64,000 bases of DNA, from NCBI RefSeq assembly GCF_009914755.1, contig NC_060934.1; one strand, written 5' to 3'. The DNA is from the human T2T-CHM13v2.0 reference genome, Homo sapiens. The translations under genes were made by a program, and so were the position numbers. The notes below the pieces were generated by a model that saw nothing but the letters and a program-made list of their open reading frames with translations, was not told the origin of the DNA and did no database searches. Numbering within the stretch: position 1 is the first letter of the stretch; every line of letters begins with the position of its first letter. Below, one piece after another: positions 60,560 to 64,000 of this stretch.

Positions 60560-61270
60560 CCAATTCTTAACCTTCCTGTTTCATGGACTCTTCGGTCACC
60601 TGAGGAAATCTATAGAGCCCTCCTCAGAACAATATTTTTATTTATTTTTATTTTATTATATAATAATTATTATTATTTTGAGACAAGGTCTCTCTCTGTC
60701 ACCCAGGCTGGAGTGCAGAGGTGCAGTCACCACTCACTGCAGCCTCCACCTCCCACACTCGAGTGATCCTCCCACCTCAGCCTCCTGAGTGGCTGGGAGC
60801 ACAGGTACGCACCACCACACCCAGCTAATTTTTTGATTTATTTTATTTTATTTTATTTTATTTTTCATAGATATGGTGTCTACCTATGTTACCCAGACTG
60901 GAAAATAATGTTTTTAAATGCATAAAATAAACCAGGTAGGATTACCAGGGAACCTAATTATTTGTTAATACGATTATCAAATCCTTTTAAAAATTATGAT
61001 GCGTGCTTCTTCATTAAAACATTGAATAACAAGGATCTAGTAGAATTATATAACAATCATAATTTTTAAGTGGATATTTCAAAATATCTACAAGCAAAGT
61101 AATAGGATGTAAAACTCTCTGTGATTTCTATGGGTGACGAGTCACAGGCATTGCTAACATTGTTTGGTTTGTCCTCTACATTTATAACTGAAAGTAATGC
61201 TACATTTCAGCCAGAGATTAATGAAAATAAGGACATAAACTTTTGCCTATTCAAGTTCACTGACCCTTTC
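60560..61270 (+). mobile_element. MER119-like hAT-Charlie element interrupted by a minus-strand AluJ (~60640-60901)
   Basis: ttcttaacc...catggac...ctcagaa.aat.ttttta|aatgcataaaataaa...ttcaagttcactgaccc; the Alu is flanked by aa.aat.ttttta. Confidence 0.65.
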
Positions 61271-61287
61271 ACTCCTAGCCCCATCCT

Positions 61288-61618
61288 GGCTGGGTGCAGT
61301 GATTCATGCCTGTAATCTCAGCACTTTGGGAGGCCAAGGTGAGAGGGTCGCTTGAGGCCAGGAGTTCAAAAATTTTATGTTGCCTTGGCATCCATTTTGA
61401 GACTAAGTGTTACCTAGTGAGACCCCTGTCTCTACAAAAAAGAAACTTTTTAAAATTAGCCTGGCATGGTGGCACATGCCTGTAGTCCCAGCTACTTGGG
61501 AGGTTGAGCCAGGAAGATCTCTTGAGCCCAGGAGGCCGAGGGTGCAGTGAAACTTGCACTGCAGCCTGGGCAATAGAGTGAGACCCTGCCTCTTAAAAGA
61601 AAACAGAAGAAAAAAAAT
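61288..61618 (+). mobile_element. AluJ with a short foreign insert
   Basis: Alu consensus interrupted at ~61369-61412. Confidence 0.8.
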
Positions 61619-62149
61619 GGATTTCCTCTGGATTCACTCTCTCTACTCCCCAATCAGTGCCAATGATGATGATGATGATGATGATGAATGCCGCTCGGTC
61701 AGGCCTCAGTGATTTCACCCTGTACATTCTCAGATGGTCCTCTGGCTCTCTAGTTTACCCCTGGGGGAAGCACTTGTCTCAATGAAATGTTGCAATAAAA
61801 ACTGAAGGGGAGGAGTGGGGAGGGGTGGTGCAGGAGCCCCACAGCCCTGGGTCCAAGGTGAGGCCAAGGGCAGCCTCTGCCACAGCCTGTGTCGGTTTCT
61901 CAGGAAGCCTTTTTCTCTGCCCATCCGTGGTGTGGTGATTGCTTAATTGTCGCTAAAAGGATCAAATTCAAAGCACTCGGCCTCTCTCCTTCATTCTCTT
62001 GCCTCACTCCAGTTTTTAATCAATCTCTCAGCTGTCAGCTACACCGAGTGCCTGAGGGTCTGCTGTGGGCTCTGCCTTTTCTGAGGTTGGGTAGGGGGTG
62101 TCCTCCTTGGGTCCAGTTATTCAATCTGACTCAACAAACAAAGCATTTC

Positions 62150-63170
62150 TTAAAACAAGTCTTCAAACATGCAAACAGTAAAGGAGAAGACTGATTCATT
62201 CTACCAGGTTAAAATTAAGATCATAACATTCATCAAAAGACAGTAAAAAGGAAGTCTCAAACTGGGAGATAATATTCCTTACACCTGTGAGTGACAAAGG
62301 GCTAGTATCCAGGATGCATAAAAACTCCTACAAGTCAATTTCAAAAAACAACCCAATACAAAAATGAGGGAGAACAATGGTCAGGCATGTCACAAAAGAG
62401 GCCCACAAGAAGGGCAAAGAGACGTTCGCAGAGATGCTCAACCTCAGCTGTGACCAAGAAAACACAAAGTGAGACCATAAGATGAGATTTTGTGCTCACT
62501 AGATGGACAAAACTCAGAAATGTGACTATCCCAAGGGTTGGTGAGGAAGTGGGTGAGCACCGGGGATCTTTACACAAAGCTAGAAAGAGGCTTATTCGAC
62601 TGTTTTGGAAATTTGGCAATCTCTGAAAAGCTGAAGATACGTGAGCTTTGACACAGCAACCCCACTAGCATAGCCTAGTGCCTGTGCCCAAGCCTGCGTA
62701 TATGACAAGGCTGATAGCAGCGCTTTTCGTAACAACCAAAATCGGGAGAGGGAGTTGTCCTTTGACTGAAGAATGGATAAATAAATTGTGGCATAGTCCC
62801 GGGTGGAACATTACCTAACATTGCAAAGGAATGAACTACAGGTACACCCAGCAACAAGGATGATGCTTAGAGTTGTAATGTGGAGCAAAAGAAAAAGCAA
62901 GTCACAAAAAAATGCCTCCTGTGTGACACTATTGTCATAAAAACCAAGCAAAACTAAACAGACTATTCAGGTAGGGCTCATAGACATGCTATCAACTGCT
63001 TTTTAAAAACAAGGGAATAAATGAGATGCTATTCAGGGTAGGGGCTGCCTGGTCAGGGAAGAGGACAGGATCACCAAGGCTTGTGCAAGTAGATTCACAG
63101 GTGCCAACAATGTTCTACGTCTTAAGCTGGGTGGTGGACTCTCAGTTTCAACAAAATCGCTGAGTAGACA
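62150..63170 (+). mobile_element. L1ME-like ORF2 end / 3' UTR remnant
   Basis: gacaaagggctagtatccagga...agatgctcaacctca...gaatggataaataaattgtggca. Confidence 0.75.
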
Positions 63171-64000
63171 CTGAGACTGACTCCCAGGCCTGATGCCTGG
63201 CAACATACCAAGCCCAGGACACAGGGTCACCCTCACGGAGGGTACTGGAAGCCTTAGAAGTAACCTCAGAGAGGCAGAGAACATGGTGGGCCCCAAGGCG
63301 AAAGAAGGGAAATGACAAATGTCTCCTGCCACTCAGATGCCAGGTCTCTCCACAGCCTTTCCCATGTAATCCACACAGGCAATGTGTTAAACAGATACCA
63401 ATCACGTCCAGCGCACAGATGGGCAAACTGAGGCTCTGAAAGACTAAGCTGTTTCTCCAGGAAGTGCCAATGGGAAGGGCTGGGGCTGAGACACCTCCAG
63501 TCCAGGTCCCTCTTTCCACACCATCGACGTGGTGCTGTGGGGATCAGGAGAGGCTTTGATGAGGAGGTGACGTTGGAGACATGTCTGGAAGAATTTGGAG
63601 GAGTCAGTGGCAGAGGAGCCTGGATGGCAGAAGGTGGCCTGTGCCCTGGCAAAGTGTGCAGCAGTATGGCTCGGGGCACAGTGAGTGGGAAGAGGGACAG
63701 AGCCTGACTCATGTGGCCCAGGGTCTGCCCACGATTATTGACTGTCAAGCACTGAATGAATGAGCGTGTGGGTGGACTTGGCTGGAGCACAGGCTGCACA
63801 CGGACAAAGAGCTACAGCCGTCAACTGCAGCAGCTGCAACAGTCCTGACCCACCGTCCCCACCCCAGTCCACTCTCTCCCGCTAGCCAGGGTGAGTTTTG
63901 TAACACATAAACTGGGGCACATTCTTGCCCAGATCCAAATCCTCCAATGTTGTCTGTGATATAGTCTTAAGTGGGGGGAAAAAAGAGCAAGGAACAGAAT

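Overview
Human (AluYa5 present) genomic DNA, repeat-rich. I recognise the locus as HSPA12A. A CpG-island promoter (~21.6-23.5 kb) holds the first coding exon on the minus strand (MADKEAGGSDGPR + phase-1 GTGAGC donor). Positions 1-22728 are therefore intron 1, and the rest is upstream sequence; exon 2 is not in the window. A processed RPL5 pseudogene split by an Alu lies at ~30.2-31.7 kb. The remainder is Alus, MIR/L2, old L1M ends, MaLR solo LTRs (THE1, MST, MLT1), Tigger/hAT DNA transposons and microsatellites. The most interesting observation is a ~180-bp, ~90% identical inverted duplication in intron 1 that I do not recognise as a transposon. Its sense copy carries a perfect CAG|GTAAGT donor and two acceptors, defining a candidate poison exon that the antisense copy could mask by RNA pairing. 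Several short, locally templated duplications also occur, including a two-template composite insertion that splits a MIR. Repeat family names and boundaries are by-eye assignments, and identities are hand counts. No new protein-coding system is evident.
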